From: Lama guanicoe
Lineage: Eukaryota
Assembly: GCA_013239625.1 (NCBI GenBank)
Contig: MU054323.1
Location: 2,592,161-2,656,160, forward strand
Length of the DNA: 64,000 bases
Reading direction: 5' to 3'
Shown piece by piece: positions 24,966-37,715 of the stretch (position 1 is the stretch's first letter; each line of letters opens with the position of its first letter). Both the position numbers and the translations under genes were made by a program. A model generated the notes under the pieces. That model saw only the letters and a program-made list of their open reading frames with translations, did not search any database and was not told where the DNA came from.

Positions 24966-27139
24966 TTTGTAACAGGGATACAAGACATCTAGCTGGCTCA
25001 CCAAAGATGACCCTTTAGCTGTACATAGAGCACACAGTCAAGACTGGGCCCAAGAGAAACAGGAAGTAGACACATCCCTTCACAGTTCTCCTGGAGTCTC
25101 CTCTGCCTCAGGGACTCCTGCTCTGGGCCCTGTTTCAGCTCCTGCCTGAGTGTAATCTACCCTCCCAAGGACCTAGCCCCTTAGTCTAAAGTGAGTATGG
25201 GAGACTTCCAGCCCACTGAGTCCCTCCTCTTACACTGTTCCATTCTCTTTCCTCCTATCTCCTACCTACTGACCATCTAAGGCAATGAAAGATCTTAAAA
25301 ATAGAAGCACTGGCTAGAATCTCTTAGGACATGGCCCCCAGAGCATCAGAGTGTGGGGAGTCCAAGATGAGGTGGTTTCTTGATTCTCTTCATTGGTGGG
25401 AACCAGGAGAGGCCTCAGGGTCAGCCACAAGCCCTGTATCGATGCGGCAGACAGAGAGCCACGCAGCCCACACCAGAACACTACCTCCTGGGGCCCACAG
25501 AAGGAAGGAGGGGGGCATTTTATTTTCCCATTTTCTGTTCTTAAGGGACTTGAGGGGAGCCTCCAGTGCCTTGCCCACTCCCAATAATTTCCCAAGAGTA
25601 TACTTGCTAAAGAAAAATGTTGAAAACTTTCTTCTTTCTGTATACCAGACTGCCTTCACCTGTCCAGCCTTCCAGAGGGATGTGGTAACACTGAAGAGTA
25701 TTTTTGCCTCACTAGCACTTTTCTTACCTCTTATTTCCTTGGAGGTTATGGTTTTCAAGTAAACATAATATAGTTTGGGGATAATGGGAGAGCAGACATC
25801 AGACCCTGGAGGAGTTCAATGCTAGGGTGAAGGTCAGATGTTTCCCTGCAGGTGGCAGGGAGCACTTTTCCAGAGTAGACACTTTCAAAGCTTCACCCTT
25901 TGGGAGCCAGAGAAGACCCAGGCTCCTTTTTCTTGGGCCAGAGACACCGTGCGTCCTACAGCACTCCAGCCCGCGTAAAAATGGGCAGGCTCTGACATGT
26001 GGACTGGTGACCCTTGCCCCACTGGACACAGGATGTCAGCACTGGAAAGCCCTGAGAACCTCCTTGCCCAAGCCCCTCATGTGTAAGAAACGAGGACCCG
26101 GAGGCCCTCTGGGTAGACGTAAAGGCTTCAATCCTTCAATCACATGCTCCTGATTACAAATTCAAGAATGAGGGGGCCTGGATGGGGTTCTTGCCTCCAG
26201 GAGGCCTGTGGTTTTATGTGTGTGAGCAAACACATTTTGTTTAAGTAGACCCTCCTCCTGCCCCCAGTCCAGCCCCACCTCCACCACCCTGTCTTCATTC
26301 ATTGCTAACAGATGCGGACAGCCAGGCAGGAGCACACGGGCTCCCATGCGGTGAGAAGAGAGAAAACTGATGAGCTGCCACAGAGCGGAGTGTAGAGGGC
26401 CTTGGCTTTGAATTTGGAGTGTCCCCCCTCCTCCCCTATACCCTCTGCTAAACAGGCCTTCCAGCAATTTCTGTTCTGTGTCCATCCTTCACATCTGAAA
26501 AGGGCCATATGAAAGGGGCCGTGTGAGCAGCTCAGGAGTCTGGGCTCCTCCTGACATCACAGCAAGGCCCGGGAGCGGGTCGATGGCCTCCTCCTGAGGA
26601 ACCCAGCTGGGAGGCCTGCGCTGAGAGCCCTGGAAGGAGCAGTTCCCTACCAAGCTCACAGCCACCTCCCCTGACCCTGAAAACGTGCCTTGTCTGCAGC
26701 ACAGACCACCTCGAGCCAGAGCCAGAGCTGGCCAAGGCCGAGAAGGAGGTGAGAAGGGGCATGGATGAGACTTGAGTAGCAGCCTTGTGACCACAGCTCT
26801 CTCGTGACCCCCTTCTCATCCACCTGAACATTTGAGCCTTCTGGCATCGTACAAAGTCACATGCAGGAGTCCCCTGTAGTAACGAGCTTGCCTAAACGTC
26901 TTCAGGGCCCAGGTTAAGGGACGCCTCTCCTTCGAAGCCCACTCTGATACCCACTGTGAGGTGGTCACTGCTGCCTCTGAGCCCCATGACTGGACTTGCA
27001 GGCATGGCACCTGGTGCCTGAGGGGTTTGTGTGTGCCTGTTCCATCCCCCTCAGGGGTCCCCTTTCCCATGCCCCAGCCCAGGGCCTACCCACACAGTGG
27101 TTGCTCCATAAATGTGAGCTGGATCGACTGCACACTAGA

Positions 27140-27380
27140 AACATTAATGGGCTTGGGGTCAGAGACCTGAACTGGAATCTGGGTCCTGCCAGGCACACCA
27201 GCTGTGTAATCTTGACTGGGTCCCACAGCCACAGAAAGAAGTGGCCTCCTCATCTGAAAAATGGAGTTGTTGGTCTCATTCCTGCATCTACACCATCACT
27301 CTTGTGGGCTCCAATCAGAAACCAGATATTAAAGGGCTGTATCAACTGCACACACAGTACACAAGCAAACTAGCATTATA
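27140..27380 (+). mobile_element. MIR SINE (preceded by a short L2 tail at about 27075-27125)
   Basis: gggcttggggtcagagacctg...aatctgggtcctgcca...cagctgtgtaatcttg...cctcatctgaaaaatgg. Confidence 0.75.
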
Positions 27381-27751
27381 ACTGCTGTGCTTTGACTGCT
27401 TCCATCATTACTACTCCAGGTTTATTACTATTAATGATGGACACTGGAGGAGGACCCTTCTGAAGAATTTTGTTTCAATTACTCAATAATCTCCTCTAAA
27501 AGGAATTAATTTCATTTATTCTCCTCTTGAGGTCAGTTTCCACACAGCATAGAGTGGGTTTGGGAGATTCCTCAGATGTAAAACTGAGGAGTTTGGGCCA
27601 AGCCCTCCCCACCAGTGCCCCAAATGTACAGACCCACTGGCCTGATCTGTGTGCTCTCATCGCCTCAGGAGTTCCTGGTCTCTCAAAGTGGGAAGACACC
27701 ACCCTCCTGGGATCTAACATTGTCTGCGTGAAAGTTTAAAAACTGAATGTG

Positions 27752-28240
27752 CCATGAAGACTTGGAGGAACCTTAAATGCATATTACTAAGGGAAAGAAA
27801 CCAATTTGAAAAGGCTACATGCTGTATGATTCCAATTCTATGACATTCTGGAAAAGGCAAAACCACAGAGACAGTGAAAAGCTCATGTTTGCCAGGGGTT
27901 AAGGGAGAGGGATGAACAGGCAGAGCCGAGAGGATTTTTAGAGCAGTGAAAATACTCTGTGTGATATTATGATGATGGATACATGTCATTAGACATATGT
28001 CCAAGCCCACAGACTGCACAACACCAAGAGTGAATCATAATGTAGACTATGGATTTGGGGTGATTATGATGTGTCAATGTAGGCTTCTCAGTTGTAACAA
28101 ATGGACCACTCTGGTGTGGGATGTTGATGATGGGGGAGGCTGTGTATGTGTGGGGACAGGGAATACATGGGAAAATTCTCTAATTTCCCTCGATTTTGCT
28201 GTGAACCTAAAACTGCTCTTAAAAAAAAGTCTAAAAAAAA
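27752..28240 (+). mobile_element. L1MC1-type L1 3' end
   Basis: ccatgaagacttggaggaaccttaaatgcatattactaag...tgacattctggaaaaggcaaaac...acaccaagagtgaa...gtgaacctaaaactgctcttaaaaaaaagtctaaaaaaaa. Confidence 0.92.
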
Positions 28241-29124
28241 GGGAATGTGTACCTCATTAAAGCAGCTAATATTTGCTTCTTTGAAAATCCTGAAAGCTGA
28301 ACAAACGGCTTGGCTTTTCATGAGATTTGGGGCCACTTTAAGGGCTTCCTGAGGGAGAGCAAAGTGGGCCAGGAAGTTAACGGGGATGTTAAGGGCCAGA
28401 GGAAGAGACAGTAGGAGGGAATGGACAGGAGAGACGCCGCACAGGGTACGCCCAGATCCCAGCTCAGCCCCAGCCTGGATGGATGCACACGACTTCTAAG
28501 TCTGGGTTCTTGAAAATGTTGCTGGGACGATGCGGAAGATTTTCTGCCCTGAGGGAAAGCCAAGCCTGGTGTTTTAGAGCATCGTCTTCTACACCAGAGG
28601 CCAGAAATAGAGGGCCATGGATGTTCAGTGTCTTTGGTTATCAGTTCCTGCCCAGTGCTTCACAGACTTTCTTGCCCTCATCGCCTTGGCATGAACCTTG
28701 CTGTTTTGTCTCCCCATGGGTGGAAGCGAGAGCAGCAGATGGACAGCAGGGAGATGGGCGGTCTTGGTCTCCTTCCCTTGTCAGCCTTCCTGGGAGCACT
28801 GTCTATTTATGGGTGTGCTTCCTGGCCCCGCAGTGGCTGGGCTTTCCTCAGAACCCCCGGGGAACACCGCTGTGTGGGGTGGCCCGCAGGGAAAGCCGGC
28901 TGAGGGAAAACCTGAGGCGAGCCTGGGCACAGGCACAGGTGCTCAGAAGGTGCTGCTCTGGAGTCAAAGGGAGGAAGAAGTTTCTGCCTCTGCCCCAGGG
29001 ATGAAACTAGCCCAGGAGTCCCAGCTTTCCAAGCAGAGTCTGGTGGCAGAATTTAGACTTGTTGGTCACTAGTGACAGGCTTCCACACCATACCACACGG
29101 ACCTCTGCTCCTGCATTTGCTACA

Positions 29125-29302
29125 CAATATTGATATGATGTGCTTACTTCTCTGGCTTCCTCAACAAACCATACACTGTTAGTGGTCAGGGATCCCACCT
29201 ATAACCAGTTTTTGGTGACCCAATCTGTGTTCATGACCCATGGACTTAGTAAAGTCCCTGGCAATTAGCAGGTGCTCAGTAAATGTTTGAAGAACAAATG
29301 AA
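29125..29302 (+). mobile_element. L2 3' end
   Basis: ggtcagggatc...cttagtaaagtccctggcaattagcaggtgctcagtaaatgtttgaagaacaaatgaa. Confidence 0.7.
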
Positions 29303-31814
29303 GGAGTAGCCAAACTCTGTAAGGAGCCAGGAAGTCACAACAGAAGTGTAGAGGGGCAACCAGACCTCCAGAAGTCAGCAGTATAATCCAGCCACTTCAA
29401 TGTAGCAATGTGGTCCTGAGAAGGAACTCTTCATCAAAGACACTGTCTACAGATCTCCTGCCCCTGCCTGGAGTGATTCCTGGACTTTGGTTCCTGATCA
29501 TTTGGAGAGACGGGAGGAGGACACAAGACATTGCATTTACTGTGTGCCACCATGTACCAATGGGCAAGGTGCACTATGTAGGCTCACAGGAATCTACAGG
29601 GAATTGTATCATCTACAACAACATAATACATGAAGAAATGAAGGCTTAGAAAGGAGATGAGAAGAGGTTAAAATGAGCCCAGGCTACAGGCAGGCCCTTA
29701 GTACCTCGTATATAATTGACACTCAATGACTATGTATTGAATTAAATGGAATGGAATGCAATTGAATATTCTTGGTGGCAAGGCAAATTTTATTTTCGGG
29801 TGCCTCATTTAAGCAGACCTGGCAGATCGCCTCCCTCAATCTTTCTTTAAAAGGCTGCAATGAGCCCCAGGAGCCACTTGGAAAAGTGAGAGCAAGAAGT
29901 GGTACCTCCCACATTCGTGCAAGTGTGTGGTGGTGGTCATGGATTTGGATTGAGACTGTGGCTTAAGGGCCGCAGAATCTCATCAGCCTTGTAAAGGGAG
30001 ACGTATTTATGTGAAAGACTTGCCAGTTGGACTGCACAGGGCTCTTTCTCCCAGAATACCTTAGGAAGGCAGTTCTGGTGGTAGCAAGGGTGGCTGTGAG
30101 CCAACTTAGAGGGGCGTGAGCCACCCCCCAACCCTGAACATAATTACTGTGTTATTTATTATATTTGACAGAGAAGTCTATGGCACTTGGATGCCTGGGT
30201 CTCCAGCAGTGATCCAGAGAGGAAGAGGGTAATCATTTTAAATAACTGAAAATAATTTGCTTTTAAAAAATGTGGACATTGGTTGTCTCTTACCTAGAAA
30301 TATCTCTCGGTGAGGTAATGATAATTTTAGATTTCTGCAGCTAGCTTGGAAACTAGTACTTACACCATTTTCAGTTGGTGGCACCAAAAGTCTATGTAGT
30401 TTAATATCATTAGATATACTATTTTAGTTGGAATGTGAGCTAGACATTCCAGTGCGTGAATCCTCCTGAGAACTTGGCCATTCCCTTGTTCACCCAAGCA
30501 ATCCAGTCGTGGAGTTGGTCGATAGTCAACAAGAAGGTCAGCTGGAGGCCCCACCCTTTGGACTGTTTTCTCTCTTCTCTTGAATATGTCAAAATATTAT
30601 AGATGTCAGTTACTCCCATCCCCACGGCTCAGACTGGCTCAATAGTCAGTGACTTCCCCAGCTGCACAACAAATGCTGAGGGAGGTGGGTCCAGGCAGAA
30701 AGGAGAGCTTAAAAATTTGAAAGCCAATTACAGTCAAAACAGGTCATCTCTTTTGTTTCCACAACTCGTGCAAAAAGTCCTTCCCTGCTACTGTTCCCTG
30801 GCCGTCAGAGTCCGTTTCCCCCTTAGAAGCAAGCAACAGCTTGCAGCAAGCTTTTTGTTGACATGAATTCCATGTTGCCTGGTGCTTTTGTTTGCTTCAC
30901 ACATAATTCACATTTTTCCATCTTACACACATTTTTCATAGTCTGTCCTGAAGCAATGTCCTGGCTTCCATCTGGGACTCCCCGTCTGGGGTCAAGGTCT
31001 CTGCCGATAACTGGGTTAAGGGTGTTGATGGAACACTCAGCAGGATGGAGCTGACATATTAGGAACTAAATTCCTACAATACAGAGATTAAAAGTCACCT
31101 TGGATCAGATCCTAAACCAAACATAAACATGAGCAATAGCTCAGGTACCCTAGTCTTAAGGACAAAAAGAAGTCAACTTTACTTCTTTTCTGTTCTTTTC
31201 TGAAGGAGCTTTCCCCAAAATTAGTGTGGGTAACAGGAGAAAAGTGTCAACTTTGGATGAGTTTGACATGGAGGCCCAGAGGGAGAAGAAAGGGACAGAC
31301 AGAGAGCAGGAGTAGGGGACGCATTTAGTATCATCGGTGGGACCAGTGGCATTCTGAAACTAAGTGACTAATCACAGCTCCTTAAACCTTCAAGGGAATG
31401 TCCTGAAAGTAAAGATGGCTTTTCTGTCTCCCAGCTCCAGGATACTTATATGGAACTCTAACATGACTCTTTTTTTTGTTACAAATTCCTTGGTAGGCAC
31501 TGACTTCATGGACGTTTAGAAGTCCAAGACTAGAAGAATCCTCAGGAACCACCTACCCCAACTTTCTACTCAATGCAGGATGCTACTCTGCAGCACGTCC
31601 AACAACCTAGGCACCCCCGGTAATGGGGTGCTCCCTGTTTTACAGAGTCAGTCATTTCCTTACTCAACACTCCTCTGTGACAAAGTTCCTCCTTCCATTG
31701 CGACAGAGCACAAGACCCTCTATCTTCCACTGACGGGTGTCAGTTCTGCCTCAAAGTCATATGGAACAATTCCTTTCCTTTACACATCATGTAATCTGGA
31801 TTACATGATGGTTA

Positions 31815-31945
31815 TCAGCATGGCTTTTGCACATATTCTGTCCTGAGTTCAAGTCCCACCTCCACCACTTACTCAATGAACTTTGAGTAAGTTTATCCAA
31901 GTTTTCCCGCCCTCAGTTCATCTGAAATAGAAGCATGATAGCAGG
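31815..31945 (+). mobile_element. MIR fragment
   Basis: agcatggcttt...cctgagttcaagtcccacctccaccacttact...ctttgagtaagttt...cctcagttcatctgaaa. Confidence 0.75.
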
Positions 31946-31980
31946 TTCTATCCCAAAAGTCAGGTTTGTTTTTAGGAGGC

Positions 31981-32266
31981 ACAGTGGTGGTATCGCCTAG
32001 TGGAGAAGGAGTACAGAATCGTGAGTCAGAAGACCCGGTGTTCTGTCCCACCTTCGCCACGTGAGTCGTGTGAATCGTACAAGTCACTAAACCTTCCTGC
32101 AGCTCACTCCTCCCTTTTGTAAATGTCATAACACCCGCCTTGCCTATCGGCCTCCAGGTGCTGTGGTCAAGGTCAAATGCAGACACGTGACTTTCACATC
32201 TGAGCACCTGTAGATCTATGGTGCAGACCCAGTGCAGGTCTGGGCAAACAGTCAGTGCTCAATAAA
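31981..32266 (+). mobile_element. MIR SINE, near full length
   Basis: ctagtggagaaggagtacag...gagtcagaagacccggtgttctgtccc...caagtcactaaacctt...tgtaaatg...gtgctcaataaa. Confidence 0.75.
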
Positions 32267-32779
32267 AGCCTGTGGACTAAGTTGCATCTGTGCTTTTTGA
32301 GAGGAAGATTAGGAACTGTGGGCTGAGGAGGGAAGAGGCTTATTAGATGAGGTTTATAATTTGACAGGCTACTTGGGAGGATAAAGTCCACAGAGAGCAT
32401 AAGGTGTGTGTTTGGGCTGCCGGAGAAAGATCTGGGATCTCAGAAAGGATTTAGGTATCACCTGCTGCAAAAGAACTGGAGGCACAGGAGTGATGAAAAA
32501 TGCAGACCCCTGGGCTCCAGAAGGTGCTTAGTGGTTGTCTCCATGGTGCTGATAAAAAGAAGCTTCAAGGAGAGGTGAGTAAAGAGGGGCCTGATGCGCT
32601 GAGGGGATTGTGGGTGGATACAGGCTAGGTTCAGGCAGGGGCCAGAGGATGGGGAGACAGACTTGGTCCCTGCCCTGGAGGTTTCTCTGCTGAGCACCTG
32701 TCAATGGAAACTCAAGTGCTGCAGCGTTTGGGAAAACAAGGCCGCGAGGGGTTTGCCCGAGGGTAGAATAAAGCACCTT

Positions 32780-32875
32780 GCAGTCAGCTTTCCTCTCTAA
32801 TTCTCCAAGTCTCACTTCTCTTTCAAGATCAAGTTCAAATTTAACCTTTCCCGGAAAGCCCTCCTTCAACCCTGG
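32780..32875 (+). mobile_element. L2 fragment
   Basis: ctcacttctctttcaagatcaagttcaaatttaacctttcccggaaagccctcc. Confidence 0.55.
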
Positions 32876-33428
32876 AACAATGAGGAATCTTTCTAAAATT
32901 TCTATAAGAATTTTGGTCTGTATAAGTCATACAGTAATTATAAGTATAAAAATATGACTTCCGGATGATTTATCTATGACTGTCTTAAAAATGAGGTTAT
33001 TTAACATTTTACAAGTAAAATTTATTATGTTCCCCGTTCAGCCACCTAACATCCCCTTGGAACATACATCAAACATGACACAAAAGGGATTTCTAGCTCA
33101 TTTCATTCTTGCCTTCGAACTCCTGAGCTCGTTGCCAGCTCCTCCACTCCTGGTCTCGTTTACACGTCTGAAATAGCGGCCAGCATCCTTTTTCTGGCCA
33201 TGACTTTGCCTTTCTTGTTTTTCTTTCCCCAGCTTCCTCCTTTGTAGTCCCTCTGTCCTTCCTCTACCCCGTGGAACAACACGTTTCCGTGGAGCTGGCT
33301 CAGAAAGGGACTGGACACCTGCCGGCGACTCCGTCCTCCTGAGGAGGGGGCTGAGTCCAGCTCTGTGCCTCCTCTTCACCACCGGCCCTGCTGGGAGCAG
33401 AGCCGGCCACGAGCCGGCCGTGGAATAA

Positions 33429-33491
33429 AGGTGAGTAAATCTAATCTTTTTGAGAGGAAGAGAGGTGAGTAAATCTAATCTTTTTGAGAGG
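33429..33491. repeat. Direct duplication of a 29-bp unit (period 34)
   Basis: aggtgagtaaatctaatctttttgagagg at 33429-33457 and 33463-33491, identical. Confidence 0.97.
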
Positions 33492-34332
33492 CAGTGGCAA
33501 AACGGTCGGCCGAAGGAGCAGCGTATGTGAGTATTGGAGCCAGAAGTGAGCCGTGGATGGATTTTCCTCACTTATAACCATGGGTCTTGCACACAGAAGG
33601 TGCTCAATAAATATCTGTGGAATAAACTCCAGGGGCCCAAGGCAAAAGGATAAATATGAAGCCCCCCCCAGATGGAAAAGTGGGTCGGGCAGAACCGAGA
33701 AAAGAAGCACTCGCTGACAGGAAGAAGGTCTACGTGAGCAGAGCCCTGCTCTTCAACACTGGCCTCAGCTCACAGTGCGCTGCACAGTGGGCGCTACTCC
33801 CGTCCGACCCCCTGGGCCTCAGTCCTACATGACGAAGGTGGTCCTGGCACTGTGCTGTCCATGGCGGGTTAGGAATGTGGCTAATGGGAGGCAAAGAGGA
33901 GGTACTGCGGCTGACCATCAGATCCACACCACCTTTCTACTCTCCCTCTGCCTAAGGCCAGAGATTTCCACGAGAATGCTTTCAAAACAACTGATTCCAA
34001 CTCTTTGAAAAGTCTTTTTGCTTGAACTCAGATGTGTGTTGGCTTGGGAAGACTGCTATGCAGTGAGCTGGTGATTCATCTGTTCATCACAATGGGGACT
34101 AGGGTGGAAGAACCGAGCATAAGGACAAGAGGACCTAGGGCAGTGGTCTTCTCCATCCTTGAAGACTACAGCCTTCTGAGAAGCCAAACGCCTTGTGTCC
34201 CTTCAGGCATCATTGTGCTTACATTCTCAACCCTAATATGTCTCTTTCAAATCTGTTCTTTAACCATTTGTGTGTACAAAGCACATATATACCTCACACA
34301 GAAATGCCAAGTTCATGTTCTTGTCCCTTCCT

Positions 34333-34560
34333 ATAATAATTATTTATTAAGTACCTTCTATGTGCCTGGTATAGTGCTAAATGCTTTCTCACATTTTGTA
34401 TCATTTACCCATTGTATTAATGACTATAACTGTCGTTATCTCCATTTCACTCTGAGGAAAATTAAATACAGAGAAGTTAAGTCACTTACCCAAAGTCACA
34501 CAGCAAAGAATAAAATTAGATTAAAATCCTTATTTTCTGCAGCTAAAACAGGGGTTCTTT
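34333..34560 (-). mobile_element. MIR SINE
   Basis: tatttattaagtaccttctatgtgcctgg...gtgctaaatgcttt...ctccatttcactctgaggaaaattaaatacagagaagttaagtcacttacccaaagtcacacagc. Confidence 0.85.
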
Positions 34561-35829
34561 TTATTGGATCACACTTGCCCTTAGCAAGTGTAAAATAATG
34601 CTTATGAATTCAAAATTGTGAATAATACTTCGGAACTGTAAATCCCATGGTAGGGAAGACCTCTATGGTGTTATGTGTTACATTTGATTTATGAATATAT
34701 CTGTAATCACTTTAGTGTTTAGTGTAAATCTGAAACTTTGTTGTTGTTTCCATTTTGGACTTTGTCAGTTAATCATTTGTCCCAGTGGTATTTAGACATT
34801 GTTTCTTCTTAGCCATTCATAGTAAGGTACTTCTCATGCTTTCCATCTGTGTTGCAACTTCTCCGCCCACAGCACCTATGAACCCTACCATTCCCTCCTC
34901 CTGATGGCAGTCCACAGGACAGGTTTGCAGCCTCAGTGGTGGTAATGCACACACATTCAGGGTTCAGTGGAATACAGTCTTTTTAAAGTTCTAAATAACA
35001 CAAATACAAGACTTAGTCAAAATGATCCGATTGTCATAACCAACAGTCACCATCGTGGGAAAGAGCAGAGTTTCCGGGAGTGAAGACTGGAGACGATGCA
35101 GGTGGAGCGTCTGGATCTCTACTTCAATCAGTTGTGACACAAATCTGGGAAGAAGTAGCTATTCCCTGGCCCAGTCGTCTGGCCTACAATCTAATGGGTT
35201 TTGGATATGTACAATTTGGGCTGAAAAAATCCAAAGTGTCCAATAAAAACAAAAGCTTAAAATGGGAGACATTGACATAAAGTAGTGTGAAAACATGCTC
35301 CGTTCCAATAAAGACAGCTGAAAGAATTCCCCCTTCTGCAGCACTGAGGAAAAGTGATGACATATTTGGTCTCACGCTGAATTCATGAAAACAGAGATTT
35401 TTTTTCAGGGGGTGAAAACATATTATTTGGTGTCCTTTTCCCACAATAAATGCTAGCGTTTCACAACAGGTGAACTCCGGAAACCAGAGAGAGGAGCTGG
35501 AAAGGGCAGTCTTTCCAAGGAAAGGGCTTCGGGTTCCTTCTCAATGTTCACACCAGAAATTTCTGCAGGCCAGTTTACTCTTCTACATTGTTTCTGCCTG
35601 TTGTGAATTAAGTTTGAAATACCTTCTCCTGACATGTGGCATTTCACCTTGGTGCTCTCTCTCCATGGAAAAGCCTTGCCCATCTGTTTTGAGGCAACTT
35701 AGCATCAGAATCTGACTCCTCTTGGAAACTTCAAGGTAGGAGTGGCCATCAAAGCACATCAATCTCCACGAAACCTGCAGCTGGACACGTGCATCAAAAG
35801 CCCCACTGCCTGATGTGCGAGTGTTCCCA

Positions 35830-35861
35830 CCACGCATACTGCAATCCACGCATACTGCAAT
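35830..35861. repeat. 16-bp perfect tandem duplication
   Basis: ccacgcatactgcaat x2. Confidence 0.95.
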
Positions 35862-36214
35862 CCTGCAACTTACTCCGCTCCCCCTTTCCCATGCACCCCC
35901 AGCCCCCCGACCCTGCGGCTGGGATAAGGTCCCTTGGCTCGTTTGCATATTTTAGCCTGCTCAAGCTTCTGTTTAGTTTTTGTTTTTCTTGGCACTTCAA
36001 AGCATTATGTCCATTTTTATTACACCCTTGACAGACCCAATCCCAGTGCCAGCAGACCACAATGAAACAAACACTTAAAATTTATAGAAAAAATTCAGAA
36101 TATATTTTTTATGGAGCCTAGATGTTTCATCACCCGGTAAAATGCTGCAGGCAGGCAGGACAGTGGGCTTCAACTGCACTTATGTGACCTTCAGAACTGC
36201 CCCTGATATTTGAA

Positions 36215-36226
36215 TCTCTCTCTCTA

Positions 36227-36270
<44 letters not shown>
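36215..36270. repeat. (TC)n(AC)n microsatellite
   Basis: Read directly. Confidence 0.95.
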
Positions 36271-37290
36271 GCTAATTAAAGTAAAGTCTGGTATTGATGC
36301 CTATTAACTCTCATAATGCAGCCATCAACCTAGGTGCTGAACTTTTTAGCATGGAAAAACAGCTGTTATTTTTAAACAGTTATGAAAGACTCAGGGTCCC
36401 AATTATTCCAACTCTGTCTATACAAGATAGAGCCTAGACTGGCTATTCTCAGCTTTTTCTTTACTGATAGACAATTTTTTTCCCTAAAGACTAAAAGGCC
36501 ATGAGGAATGTTTGGGCCCAATCAGACATATGTTTTCTCATCCAAACATCCGACCTCCTGACAAATTCCATCTGAGTTTTGAGACTGCTCCTGTCACTGA
36601 CTTAAACTGCCAGAGGTGGCTACCATCATGGCATCTATGCTTAAAGCATAAAGCTACGAGTCTCCAAGAGGAGCATAAGACAAGACCTTTGTCCTTAAGA
36701 GAATTTTAATCTAGTTGAGAAGGAAAATCTTAATATACCTTGAGCAATCAGTATACACTCTATGTTCCACTGGTAGTCATAAGTTTAATTAACGTTTTCC
36801 AAACTTCTTTGATTATGGAATATATAATAAAAATTGATGGAGGATAGAGAGTTATGATCTGGTGGGGCCACACAGGGATTTCAGGGATGCTGGTATTGTG
36901 TTCTTTTGTAACCTAGTGGGCACCACATGGGTATTTGCACTCTAACAAATTGGTTAAAATGTAATTATCTGTTCCCAAGTTCTCAAAATTATCTACCATG
37001 GCCTGAGAGCTAAGACCTAACTAAATTTATAACTGAGAGAAAAATGAGTGACCTGAATCTTGTCACTCCTCAGAGAGTGTCCAACAAGGCTGGGGAGACT
37101 CTTAGAGTAGCCTTAGGACCATAGCTCATCAGATGCCGGGGTCAGAGCCTTCACCCAACAGTGTCAGACTTTCCCCAAATGCTACTTCTTTCATACTACA
37201 GCCTGCTGAAGAGCTGAAACGCGCTCTCTCCTGCCCAGAATGTTGATGCCAATTTTTCTGAAAGGCATCTTTAAAATGTGCCTTCACATC

Positions 37291-37710
37291 TGTGATGGTT
37301 AATTTTATGTGTCAACTTACAGTGTTTTCAGATGAGATTGCCATTTAAGTCAGTGAACTTGGAGTAAGAAGATTGTCCTCCATGGTGTGGGTGGGCCTTA
37401 TCCAATCAGCTGAAGGACTGAATAGAACAGACAGACTAACCTCCCCAAGCAAGAGGGAATTCCCCAGCAGACAGTCTTCAGACTTCATCTGCCCCATTAG
37501 TTTCTTTGGGTCTCTACCTACCAGCCTTCCACCTGAAACTGCACCACCAACTCTCTTGAGTCTTCAGCCTACTGGCCCACACTGAAGATTTGGGGCTCAC
37601 CAGCCTCTATAATCACATGAATACTCTAGATATAGAGAGAGAGTTAGATGATATAGATACAGATTAGATACAGATATGTAATTTTTTCTCTGATCTCTGA
37701 CCCTAACACA
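37291..37710 (+). mobile_element. MLT2 (ERVL) solo LTR with 5-bp TSD acatc
   Basis: tgtgatggttaattttatgtgtcaactt...gtgggtgggccttatccaatcagctgaagg...ccctaacaca. TG...CA termini, acatc at 37286-37290 and 37711-37715. Confidence 0.93.
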
Positions 37711-37715
37711 ACATC

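Noticed and set aside
28483..29072. Overlapping 173/124/91-aa ORFs
   Set aside because: Open in several frames because of GC-richness, with no homology or exon structure evident.
30288..30310. Recursive splice site (tttctag|gtaaga on minus strand)
   Set aside because: Weak pyrimidine tract. Similar AG|GT matches at about 8345, 41432 and 46840 suggest chance frequency.
31981..32080. tRNA-like A/B-box sequence
   Set aside because: It is the tRNA-derived head of a MIR, with no cloverleaf.
33429..33491. 29-bp direct repeat as a CRISPR array
   Set aside because: Only two copies with a 5-bp spacer, no cas genes, and a mammalian context.
34032..34598. Longest ORF (188 aa)
   Set aside because: Its second half is a reverse MIR and the peptide has no recognisable domain, so it is likely a chance ORF.
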